A stretch of DNA of 64,000 nt. Source: Lingula anatina. Lineage: Eukaryota; Animalia; Brachiopoda. This document shows positions 39,108 through 51,900 of this stretch, piece by piece (positions within the stretch are counted from its first letter, which is position 1; every line of letters starts with the position of its first letter). Location of the stretch: positions 15,810,001 through 15,874,000 of the forward strand of contig CM120642.1 in the NCBI GenBank assembly GCA_051362555.1, written 5' to 3'. A program made the translations under genes and the position numbers. The notes under the pieces are model-generated. The model was not told the origin of the DNA. It was given only the letters and a program-made list of their open reading frames with translations, and did not search any database.

Positions 39108-42100
39108 TTTAATTCACCCATAACAACCAGTGTTCTTAAATGAACAACGGATTTTGGTCAGGAATATCACTGTGCATTTATGCATGTTCTTAATATTTTC
39201 AATGACCAATTCCTTTTGTTTGGAGGAGGGATTCCATTTTAATAGACAGTTGGTTTACACACATTGAGACCATCCTATGTTTGAAGCAACTCTTGTTTAT
39301 GAGACACGTGATTATAAGCCCATTGTAGGACCAAATTGAATTTAGTCCTATATCCTTCCTGGGTAATTAAAAAAAAGTTGTAAGCTGACTGTGCTTCAAC
39401 TAGTTCAGCAAAGGTGTATGTGCTATTTTATATTGTAGAAAGCGTCCAGAAGTAATATAGAATCATATCTTCCATAGTTAAGGGAGGCCTGCAAGGGACC
39501 ATCTTTATTTGAGAGTTCATATCGTTTCTGCAAATTTTTAGACAATGCACACCACCAACCGTGGTTTTAAGAGGAAAACCAATACTAATCTAGAAGTCCC
39601 TTCTTTTTTGACATCTTTAAAGAGTTTGACTTTCAAGGCAAAGTCACAAGACTTGTACTTTGAGGCACACAGGAGATTGTGCATGGTTTATTTAATTAGA
39701 TATCATTTTATTAACACTTTCTTAGAAATCTTATTGCTGTCACTGCCCTATGGATGTTACTTTCTTGCATTCAACAGGAATTATAAGCAAGAAGTGCATG
39801 GATTTTCACAGAGAAGACTCCAGTCTGTGAAGAAGTATGCTTTGATATATAGTATCAGCCTGGTTTCATAGGGAGAAGGTTGACTGTTTTGAACAGACTT
39901 GTCATTGGTTGTATTATATTTTGAAGCTTTTATCAAGGCAGAGCTGGTGTTTTGTACTGTAACAGTCATCACATAAAATTTCTCTAACACTTGGTTGTTT
40001 GTTTGTTGTCTTATGAAAATGCTATCACATAATAACACTTTTTTTCTAACAGTGGCCTAATGTGCAACATTGCATTTATTTCAACACATTTATTGCATTT
40101 ATTTCAACACATTTTGATAACATCATTAATTTTCCTGGTATCAAAACATGCCCACACTGTCTTACAAATAAAGTTTGTGTACCCAACTTCAGATGGTATT
40201 AGTACTTTGACACCCATGCCTTTTCACATCCAAATTTTGACCCCTGTTCATATTCCCACCAGAGGTATTTTACTTTTCTCTCAAAAATACCAGCTTTTAT
40301 ATTTACTTTGTAAAAGACAGTTAAAGCGAAGGTGATGTGCACAAAAAGCTTGAACATGTAAAATTCTAGGGTGAGCAGCAAGGGCTTTTAAACTTTGCAT
40401 AAAACTGTCAGCCAGTTGGGGTTGGGCATGACATAGCAAGGGAAGTTCTCATACGTTATGATGGGCGTGGCATTTGTTCAGTAAAGCACATAGGCTACAA
40501 TGGCCAGATGCATGTGATGACTATATGCACATGTTAACAGTGACTACACAGAAGCTAACAGCTCAACATTACATGTTCTTTATTTACATATGTCCATACT
40601 TTCATCCAAGTCTAAATAAGCCATAAGATATGTTTTTATCATGTTTGTGAAGAAATAATACATGACCTGAAAACAAACCTGGAGACTATTAATGTTTCAA
40701 ACCAAATTTTTGTCCTTTGTATCACAGTAAGCAATAAGTTCATATTCCAGGTAGCATATTTAAGCACACAAACTGGAAAAACGAGCTGTTTTTCAACTCT
40801 TTTACCCAGTTATTCCTTAATACACTCATATTTTCTAAATGGAGAAAATAAAACATAAAACCACTACTAGGTGCAATAACAGAAAACTTATTCTGAGAGA
40901 ACAAGCTATGGAAGATAAAAGTTTCCAGGAAATCCCCCATTCACAGGAATCATTCAGATTGCACCAGGCAAAATATTATATTACATATTCCCAAGCACTG
41001 TGATATCAGTGGCATGACCTTCACTGTGACCTTTCCAAGGCAAGGGTCTACTAAAGGAAATAACGAAACTCCATAAAAAATTTTATAGCTCAGATTTTTT
41101 GCTATTCAAATAAATATATAAAAATTTTAATCTTGTGCCCCCTGAAGCCCCTTCCAATCTACTAGGTGAAGGGCTCTGATATCATGGGAGAAGCCCCATA
41201 AAAAGATTTTTGATGTATTGTCAGTGGCACAAAAGTGGTATTCCATTAATGTCTTGGTACAGTTAGACATGAGTTCCTCTTGGACCTGTCTTTATTTTGA
41301 GCTACTAGTAGATCTGGGTGTATGAAGTGAACTATCAAATACCTCTACAATACCTGGTACCAATGCCTCCTAAAATGAACCAGTTATCTGTATAATTACT
41401 TACAGGCACCATGTGTGATAAAGAATTAAGATGCAGCATCCTTCTTAAAACCTACAATGAACTGCCATACTTTGGGGACAGAAACTGTTGTTGCAAGAGA
41501 TAAACACTTGAGCTAACAATATGGAATATGCTACATTATTGTCCTTGCAGTAGCTGTAAAATTAATACAGCAAAATGTAGAGCTTAATCTGTTTCTCTCA
41601 TTTGTCACTCAATAACAGTGACTATTATTTACAAAACTGCAGTTTGGAACTAGTTCTTTCTATTGAGCAGTTAAAGAAACCCAAAAATGTGCCACACATC
41701 TAAAGCTTTTTTTTCAATAATATTTATCACTATAATGACTGCTGTATTGATTAAAAAAAAAAAAAATTCACAGTACCTGAAGATTTTTAAAATTTTTATA
41801 GGAGAAATAGTTTAAGTAATGATATATGCTCTACTAGGAGTGATTTATTACATTTTGTTCAACAATAATCTTTTAATATCTGAGCAATGCATTGTATGCA
41901 TTTAATATATTCAGCATGTAGAGTTAAAAATAAGAATAATTCTTTTTTTAAGTCTACCGCAATAACACTAATTTTTTTCTTTTTTTGAGATTATTTATTT
42001 GCAACAGCTTGAACCTGCTGTCTGAAGCATACTTATGCTGATGAATATAGAAACTTTAAGAATTATAGTCAGTTTGTATATTGTTTATTGTTGTTGTATT

Positions 42101-42114
42101 TTTATGTCTGTATA

Positions 42115-45100
42115 TCAAGGTACTCCAAAAGGAACAACCAGGTCTTCTTTGTGTTTCACTTTGATTTCTTTCAATGTCTGTGCTGTCCTATCAGCTACTT
42201 GTGTAATCTAGAAAAAAATAAAAAAGCAAGTAGGGTGAAATGTTGGTACAGAAAAATAAACGCTGTCCAACAGATGTTAAACAATTTTGGAAAAATATGT
42301 ATACCCAAAACAGAAAAACAAACAAAACCAAAAGGAATATTCAATATTAATTTTCTTCATCACTTTTAGATGTTCAATTCATGTTTTATTTTCTACAACT
42401 GTTTACATGCATCAACATGAAACTAAAAAAATGGCTGAAATCTAACAGTTCCACACCCTATAATGATTGGCTCAAATGATGACCATTACTATATTAAGCT
42501 AATGCACTGACAATATCTTATTTATAACTGGAATTTACTTACAAATTGTATGTCTGCTTGTGACAATGGTGGTGCTGACAGTATGGCATGAGGATTTCCT
42601 ACACCAGAGGGCAGGGAATGAGGCCTGCTTGGGATAGGTGTCTTATTGCACAACATTGTCAACTTAGAACTGAAAAAAGGACAGCATTATTTATCATCCG
42701 CACATGGATAAATAATTATGATAAAACTGACCAATTCTAAGGCAACTAGTTAAGTATGTAAGGATGCTCGTTATATAGTTTTAATATAATTTTTGATGAG
42801 CTCTCTCCCTATGTTCTGTATTTACCAGCAGATTTCAAATAGAATTATTAGAAAAAATATATATTAACTGGATCACTGGATAGAGATTGTCTGACAAATC
42901 AACAACTCGCAAAGGAAGATCGAAGCACTGAGTGCCAGTTCAATAAACAGAAACAGTATATATTTATGCTACATTGTTATCCAAAGAAAACGGTACTAGA
43001 TGCACTGTCATATTTCATGTTGGGCCCAATATTCACCTATACTGTCTTGCCTTATCCAGGTATTCATGCTGTTCCATAGAACGAGCATCTATTGCCGCAA
43101 CATCTATAACATTGCTGAAGAAAAAGGCAGTGAAGTAATGTTACAGTGATAAATGTTGAAGAAAAATAAATGCAAGCTTAGAGGTTATCCTGGGAAATAA
43201 CTAGAACTACAACTTAATCATAAGCATCAATTTATTACATTCTTTATATAAAATTACACATGAGAAAAAAATATCATTTTCACAATATTCTGTGAATGCC
43301 AAATATCATTGAGGCAAAAAGTTTTAAACGTGATCAAATAAAAAAATATATATTCGCAACCATGCTTTCTCATTTATATAGTTTACTGCTCCCATAATAA
43401 ATCCAGAAAACAAGTTTTCTCTTAAAAATAGGTAAACATGCATGTATGCAGGCACACATCATACCTGGTATGTGTATGTTAACCTCCACTGTATTAATTG
43501 TATTTTTTCTAGGTATTCTGTTTTGTGTACCTTATCACCATGGCAGTGGTACATTTGATTACATTTAGCTATTTAGCTATCAATCACAAAGCATATTCTC
43601 ACCTGGCTGTTTGGTGTAGTATTCTATTCAGTGCTGACTGTTCATCTCCTCTCTGTGAGGCATGGTTTTGTGGACTTGGGAATGAATCACTGGAAGTACA
43701 AAAAAGCAAGGGTCCGTGTCTTAAAGAGCTGTTCTATACCAGAAGATGACCTTAAACTTTAGACCAAAATTTTATTTCAGTTTAAGATAAATCTTAAGAA
43801 ATTCACTAAAAAGTAACTATTTTAATAAAATCAAAATTCACACAAGTATCTCATTCTTGTTATAAAACACACAAAATATTTTATTCATCAATGAATCAAT
43901 TAGACCATTAACTGATTTTTATATTTATCTCAATTGAAAGGAGACTCAAATTTTGGTCTAAAGTTCTATTTGGAAAACAGGTCCTGAATGACCACTCAAC
44001 TGGGAAGCCAAGGCTCAACTCTGCTTGGAAGGTGTAATGGTTTGTTCACTATGGCTGGTTACAAATTTGGTGTCAGTTTTTGAGTTAAATGTCAATAACA
44101 GGTGGTGTTACAGAGAATTGAGGAGGCAATAATGTTACAAATACTTAGTTCCTTTTGATATAATTGTACTTACTAGGTTATTAAAGACTGATTACAATCA
44201 AGATCAATGTATATTGTTAGTTTAAGAATTACAGAATAAAATAGATAACCATGAACTGTTTCAATTAAAAACTTGCTCATTTGGTGCAATATCATTAAAA
44301 CAATCATGCTGAATCCAGATTCTCAATTGATATGAATCCAAATCAAGCTTAATATGGAAAGCCTATCAGCCACATTATATTTAATGGTTAGTAATTAGCA
44401 GTATACTGTATTTACTCACAGTTTTCAAACACATGCAAATTATTTTTTCAACATTACTAGTTCTACTTGTAAAAATGCATATTGTGCCATGAACTTTATT
44501 CGCTTTAATCACTCTGAAAACATATCTATCTGGAATCACAAACAAAACACTGTTTTTGGAAAATATCTTTTTTGTTTGAAATAAAGTGAGTAATTTCTGT
44601 AACAATGACTTCAAACCCATGCAGTGTTAGTTGTTGAAAATTTGGTTCATAATATTAGCAGATCCTTTGCACCCATTTCATATTTGCCCTCTATCTTGAG
44701 AACTTGACAAAATGAGTAAGAGGCACCGCCTGAAAACATGGCAGAGATAAAAAGCAAAAAGTGCAAAGGCATTCACATCATTAATAGTTCATTTCTTAAG
44801 TCAGTTTCAAAATAATATCAAAAATTTGTTTTAAATCATACTAGACTAAGTATGCACAATTATCCTTTTCTGGACAAATATATATTGCAACATTACATGT
44901 TGAATCATTAGGAAAAAGAAATGGCATAACTGATGTAAGGTAATCTTATCCGTTTCAAATACAGTTTAGTAATACACAGAAATAAGGCTCAATGCAATCT
45001 CATTTGGCAATGCACAGTGCCTTCAATCATTCATTTTTGATTTTGAAATTCACTAATGCTGTACATTCGGTTTTTTAAATTGACAAGATATAAAGTCATA

Positions 45101-48100
45101 AATCTTCACTATTACATTTACTTCTTTCAAATTCTGGAAAAGGAATATTTAATTTGCAAATTCAAATCACCTGCATTAAATAATGACAAATCCCTTACTC
45201 AGTACAATTTTCCTCAATGCAAAATTTCACATTTCAGAAAAAATCAAATTCTCCATAGCTAGACACAGCATTGCAAATGCAAACTACAAACTATAAAACA
45301 AGTTTTGAAGTTTTGTTTTCTAGCACATGCTAGCATTTTGTTTATTATAACCATGCTTATCTATGCTTAAGCTATTAAGCTACCATGTTTCTACATTCTT
45401 GATTTGTCATCACGAAATTACATTGTATGATTCAAACTTTTCAACTATAATAATAACACAAAATACGTACTAGTACGATGGTGGAATCAGAGGTAAAACG
45501 ACCAGGTAAGAAAATGTGGAGCAAAATGAAAGGGGGAACAATTTTCATATCCAAACTTTTGATACATGTAAAAAGTTGAATTTCACTTCTTTTCAGAATT
45601 AATGGATTCAATGCATAACTGATTAATCAAGAAAATTCAAGAATAATACTGATAAATACATTGCCTTAAAGAAAAAAATACTCATCCAGACAAAGTCATG
45701 GAGATTTGGAAGCAATAGTGGGGAAGGTGATGGGTATAGTCAGTACTTGTTTACAAAGGCATTAAATATTCATTTTAACATACTCAGTAGAAATTACTTC
45801 ATAATGGTGGGCCAGAGAGTGGAAAATTTCAAGTTCAACCTTAAGAAATACATGAATAGGAAAATTGAAGGGTACTGCTTGACAAATTCATTGCCATCAA
45901 AAGCACATTCATTTTATTTCATTAAAGCTGTCTCAGTCTATGGGAATCATAAAAGTTCTTGCTCAAACTGGTCATAAATAAGCGACACACCTGCCCCTTA
46001 CCTGCGACTGGCCCCTGAGGTTCGTTCTGACCTGTGGAATTATGGTGGACAGCTGGACTTAGTCAGTGTTATAGGCTACTTATCTCAGTTCATGTTTTGT
46101 AAGACTAGTTTTAGAAACCAGCCCATACACATGTACGTTAACACCAGTTGCACATTGTATAGAGCATGCCACCATTTGAATTTTTCAAAATAATGAATTA
46201 CTTGTGAAACTGATACTTTGATGTATTGTGCAGATATAATATGCATTGCAATTAAAATCAATTATGATACATAATTATGATAACTTAACAGGTGCTTGTG
46301 CATAGTACTAATGCATCAATATTTTCATGTTAAAATCGACAAACAGGTAAAATAATTATACATTTCACAAAAATACATAACAAATGCAACAAAATAATAT
46401 TTTCACTGTTTTGTAGCAGATAGGGTATGAAGGTAGAGAGAAATCATAGGAAATCACCTTGGGGACTTTTCCAACAAATCTGCTGATCCAAATTAGAAAA
46501 AGGAATGCTTCTGAATCTGGATACTATTTTTTATTATGCAGAATTGGGTAGTTTTCAGTTGCTGGTACCTTCCTGTTAGTACCACTAGAAACTCAACATG
46601 GCAGAGAAGACATGCAATGTTAATGAATCCTGACCAACAATAATGCCCAATCTCTTCATGCTGAAAGGGCATTTTCCTCACAATTTTTACAAGCTGATTG
46701 AATGTGAAGTAGTGATTCAAAAATGAAATTTGATGAAGGTTGTTTTTTTGCTCTAGTAAGATAGAGATGAAATTGTAATATTAATAATATATTTGCAATT
46801 TAAAGATCCCATACTGGACGAGATTCAATCGTAATTCCATCTTTATCTTAATTAATGAGTGGTTGATTCCTTACCTTTTTAAATACAAGTACTTTGTCTC
46901 AAGCTCAGGGAATGGCCATTAATTTTCACATTTTCCATACAAACATTTTTTTAAAGATATGCAATGTTTCAAGAAAAAGATTTGTTTCTCTTTTCATCTC
47001 ATACATTTCTTGTTCTTTCACTGAAATGACATCTGCAAATGCTCCCAGCAACTTACAGATAGAATCTGCAACTTGTGACTTTTCAATATAGAATTTTAAA
47101 GGCCCCAAGATGCAACAAAATCAAGAAGCTTGAGAACTAAGTAAAATTAAAAGAAAAAAAAGGAATAACTCCCCCCCTAAAAATGATAAATTGTGAAACC
47201 TAGGAAAGTCACGACTCTAAAGGAAAATAAAATTTGGAGGAACTATTATGGGTGATGGATTAATATGCATAATGTTCTCTACCTAGGCACAAGTCTCGGT
47301 GAATTGCTACTACCAGGATGGTTGCCTATAAGACTTGAACGTTCATCAGGCTCCTGCTCCTATGGAAATAAAAGCAAACAAAGAAAAATAAACAACAACA
47401 ACAACAAATGCTCTCTTCTTGCCTGACAACCTAACTGGCAACTGTATCAGCAATGCAAAAGAATGAGACAATGATTAATTTTTTGTCATCAGCAAGATTT
47501 GTGGATAAACAGACACTTAATCTGTCTGTAATACATGCATAGTATCAAATAATCTTTCAGTATCTGCAATGCTGACACAGTTTCATACAGATTGTCAGTG
47601 AAGATTGGCTGGATATGGCTATACCATCTTACCCACCTAGTGACAGGTCTTGAGACATTATTGCTGACAGGGTTGCCTAAAAGTCGAGTTCTTTCATCAG
47701 GATCATTGATCTGTAAGACAATTACACTGCTCGAAAAAAATTCTGGCAAGCACTTCATGATTGCTATTTTGGTATGCAGGCAACTCTAATAGATATTCAA
47801 AGTTCATTTTATAAAGTAAGACAGGTTTCAATATTAAAAATACTGAAAATATTATGCTGCTCGTTCAAGATGACAAATTATAATATAAATAAACAATCTC
47901 ATTTTCATGATATATCTTTCTATCAGACACCGGCTTACTTTTGGCACAATTTGAATCAAAATGCCAAACCATGTATCATTAAAGATGATAATTACAAGGA
48001 TTTTCAGTTTGTGACACTTCTTAAGCACACAATTCACCACAAAGCCTTAATAAAGTAGTGAGACGGGGGGAAGGGGGGCACAGACAGACAGACTAATTTT

Positions 48101-48623
48101 ACCTCGGTGAAAGCAAAAGTGCTATATAATTATACAACATTCTGTTGATTTGCACAACTTTTGGTAAGCAGATATGACTCTGTTAAATAGTTCCCGATAG
48201 GTATGGTACATAGAAAAACACCATTTAAAGTACCTGTAAACTTGTTAATGTTTACAATATTATAACTAGTGCATACAGTATAATCTAAAAAACTTACAAT
48301 AACAGTACAACGAATTCTCCATTTGAAGTAACCTGTTAATTGTGTTGCATCTGGCATTACAATTTAACGAAGACAACAACTCAATGATTGTTACATGCTA
48401 CACAGATAAATGAACATTGTATAATTTCTAGTAGAGAGGTACATGTACTGTACTGCTACAGCTGTACATGTACTAGTGCATGCCATCACAAAACTCCCAA
48501 TGACAGCTCAACCTCAATACACATTCAAAATGCTGTTGTGAATTTTCTACTTTCGTAAGATGTTCTTCGACATGTAATCACCTGGAAGCCCTTGTCATCC
48601 GATGGACAGCAACAATTCCCCAT
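42115..48623 (-). CDS. LAMTOR1: Ragulator complex protein LAMTOR1 (p18), with duplicated exon 2 and a candidate micro-exon
   Basis: Exons: 48623-48582 ([14 protein letters not shown], myristoylation/palmitoylation anchor); 47710-47637 (2a) and/or 47359-47283 (2b); optional 46031-46002; 43689-43603 ([14 protein letters not shown]); 43114-43037 ([25 protein letters not shown]); 42669-42543; 42207-42115 ([13 protein letters not shown]). These match human p18 motifs [35 protein letters not shown] and KEELVVQFGIP. Confidence 0.95.
43709..43985. mobile_element. Degenerate MITE with inverted arms in a LAMTOR1 intron
   Basis: aactttagaccaaaattt (~43756) and aaattttggtctaaagtt (~43948) are inverted copies; the outer ends (gggtccgtgt.. 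/ ..aaacaggtcct) match only loosely. Confidence 0.5.
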
Positions 48624-48909
48624 AGTTTAGCCAAATCTCATGTACCTCCTTGGTTTCGCATATCAGTCAAGTCGTCTCGCCTCCAAGCCGGATCATGTGA
48701 CTAGTAATGATAAGAACAAAATTGCCTTCGTGTCATTGATTGGATATAAGAACTTTTGACCTTGAAAGTTTTACTTACAGAACATAACAACATTTATGAG
48801 TATGATATATTTTTCCTTGAAACAGTTAAAAATTATATAAATTTCCATATTTAATGGATAATTTGTTTCCGATATTTTATTAGAAACATTTGGTGCTGGA
48901 CCAAAAAAG
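48624..48909. promoter_or_regulatory. Compact bidirectional promoter/5'UTR region for LAMTOR1 (-) and NARS2 (+)
   Basis: Only 286 bp separate the divergent ATGs. TCATGTGAC (MiT/TFE M-box/CLEAR-like) is at 48693-48701, and a YY1-like AAGATGGCAGC overlaps the NARS2 start. Confidence 0.7.
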
Positions 48910-51900
48910 ATGGCAGCGCCCATGTCCTGCTGTCGCCGAGCACTATTACAGCGTTTTAGGGGCCAAAGCTACTGCATACGTCCGCCTGTTAGACTAAGCT
49001 CATCTATTTCCAAAATCTTAAATGGAGATGTAGAGAAAACTGAGCTATCGGTCACGGTAAGTATAGGTAGAACCCTTTATTTATGGACTAATGAAACTTC
49101 ATTTGACTTCGTTTTAACGAAAACCACCGTATGTACAGTATATGTACTGTAACTTACAGTTGTATTTTAGGTTTTTAAAATAAAGGTTTCTTATGTTACC
49201 ATGTGGTCTCAAAGTCTGTAGTTTATTTGGCCATTCTCGAGCATGCTTATAATCGTCCTGAAACCAGAAATTCCCTTTCTTTTCTACAAATCTTGAAATA
49301 ATTATACGCTGATACTACTGAGTACGTACTGGATCTAAATTCCAATGAGATAATGCTGGCAGTATAACCGGCTACCTCTGGTACCAGTGGGTACTCAGGA
49401 AGACCAGTGAAAGGCACTACAATACATGCACATTACGCTCTTGCGTTCCCCTCTCAAATCCATTGTTGCAGAAGGGAGAAATATGTGACCTATTCTGCAT
49501 TCTAACAACAGAAATTCTCACCAGCCACCAACAAAATTTTGTCTTTGAGTTGAAGACAGTGTGATACTGACAGCTACCAGGGAATCCCTACAGTCACATT
49601 TACTTAATTATTTGTCATTTCCCTATCCATATAACTAAATTGTGCTTGTTTTATGCTACTCGATCTATGCTTGTTACGACACTGGATGGTTGCAAAAGAC
49701 TAAAGTTGAAATACAATTGTTACCAAAAATCAGATTTAAGAGTTCTAAGCACAATCTTTAGATATGTCCAATTTCAACAGCAGATAAGTCTGCCATAGCA
49801 AATCTTCCTGCTGTAGCTAATATGCTGACATTTCTTTATAGGGCTGGGTGAAATCTGTGAGAGATCAAAAGGAAGTGGCTTTTTTGCACATGAATGATGG
49901 ATCCTGCAATGAACATCTGCAGGTGGTGGCCAGACCAGAGATGGTGGAGAAGTAAGTATGACCAGCGGTCATCCTAGAGAGTAGTAAACATTAAAGGGAT
50001 AACAATTGTTCATATGATATCTATTATTTACAATAAATACATAGTAAACACCTCACAGAAATATAATAGATTCTATTTTACCACCAAAACAGCGGTTAAT
50101 GCAATTGTTTTGGAATTTGTGTTTGTCATCACATCATGTGACCTCCATTGATGGCCACACTTTGTAATAATCTCTTAAGAGAATATTATTAAAAAAAACT
50201 CTTTAGAAAAAAAAGCAGGGACTAACTTTGAATGTTGCAATGGACAAAACTTGTTATCCTAGAGGAGTGACCACAGTTTCAAACATGGTTATCCTTCGAG
50301 TGTTGAAAATGTAAATATTATATGACAATAACAGTTATAATTATAAAAATGAAGACTCATGTTTGCTTTGCCTTTGGTTTATGCTTATTTTATTTAAAAG
50401 TAAACTGTGATGATGAACCATTGTGTATAAATTGTATTGGTAAACTGCACTCTGCTGTTATATTAATTTTTTCCCTTTATTCCCTTTTTCTTTTTAGCGT
50501 GACATATGGAAGCTATGTTAAAGTTAAAGGGCAACTTGTAGACAGTCCAAAAGATGGACAGACCTTTGAACTTTTAGCAGAAGATCTGAAACTGATAGGA
50601 TCATGTGATCCAGATGTGGGTAACCTGAGGATTTTGGAATTTTTTAAAGTACAAAATATTTAATGTGTTACTGCAGATTATGGAAATAGAACAGTTGCAT
50701 TTATTACTATATGTTTGCTACTACCTATACATGTACATGTAACAATAATTAGGGCCCTTGTACCTTTTGACTTCTTGTACATGACATATTATTGACATAA
50801 TAATGTCTTCTTTTTCTACTTTAGGTTTATCCTTTTAAACCCCGTACACACCACCCCTTAGTGTATGGCAGAGAGTACCCACATCTTAGACCCAGGACCA
50901 ACATTTTTGGTGCAGCAATGAGGATCAGGAACGCGGCCACTATGGCATTGCACTCATTTTTCCAGGTAAATATGCAGTAGCCCAAACAAGGGTACTGGAA
51001 ATTGAAATAGAAAAATAGAATTTAAAGATAGATAAGACAAATTTTTGTTAGATAAAAATGTTTATTGAATTTTTTTCTTTGTTTATTCCTGAATGTCAGA
51101 TGTCCACTGAATCACATTTTCTGTACATTCAAAGCAGTTTTACTGAATATATCATTCAAATTTTGTATTTGAATTTTGTTTGGCTTGAATAAACATAACA
51201 GAGCAAACATACTTTACGCGATCTCATCTTTTTTATTTTTACCAGATTAAATTATATCAACATTACATATTTTTGTTGTTAAGTGTTAATAAAGCACAAG
51301 ACTAGAGTCATGACATTAATAACTTGCTTACCTTTCCTAATGCAACACATGAATACAGGTAAACGTTGGAAACAACCTGTTCATACATTTACAGTATTAG
51401 ATTATGGATAGGTTTAATAATCACATCAATAATTATCATTTTTACTCTCAACTGTTACAACAGAGAATTCCATACTTTTATTTCCTACAGAGTGTCTAGA
51501 ATATTATTGTTCTGGCTGTTTTAGCAAGAAGGTTATCTACATGTGCACACCCCTGTCATCACTACCAACGACTGTGAAGGAGCTGGAGAAGTGTTCCGAG
51601 TAGAGGTGGGACAATGTTTTTGTGCTTGTGTTAACAACTGACCCAATTTACACATTCTGTGATGGACCATGTTCGTGACTGAACAAGCTTCAATTAAAAA
51701 TTATCATAATAGTCTTATTGGTGTTGCCAGCTCACCAGATTTGGGAAAATAAAAATCAATGTTTGGGTGTATTCCATTAGACTAATACATTAAAATCAGT
51801 AGCTTAAAGACTAATTTCAGGCTTATTTTGTTCTGGTTGTAATCACCTGCTTATTTTATTAAATAATAAGTTTTTATGATAATAAAAGTAAGCTCATCTA

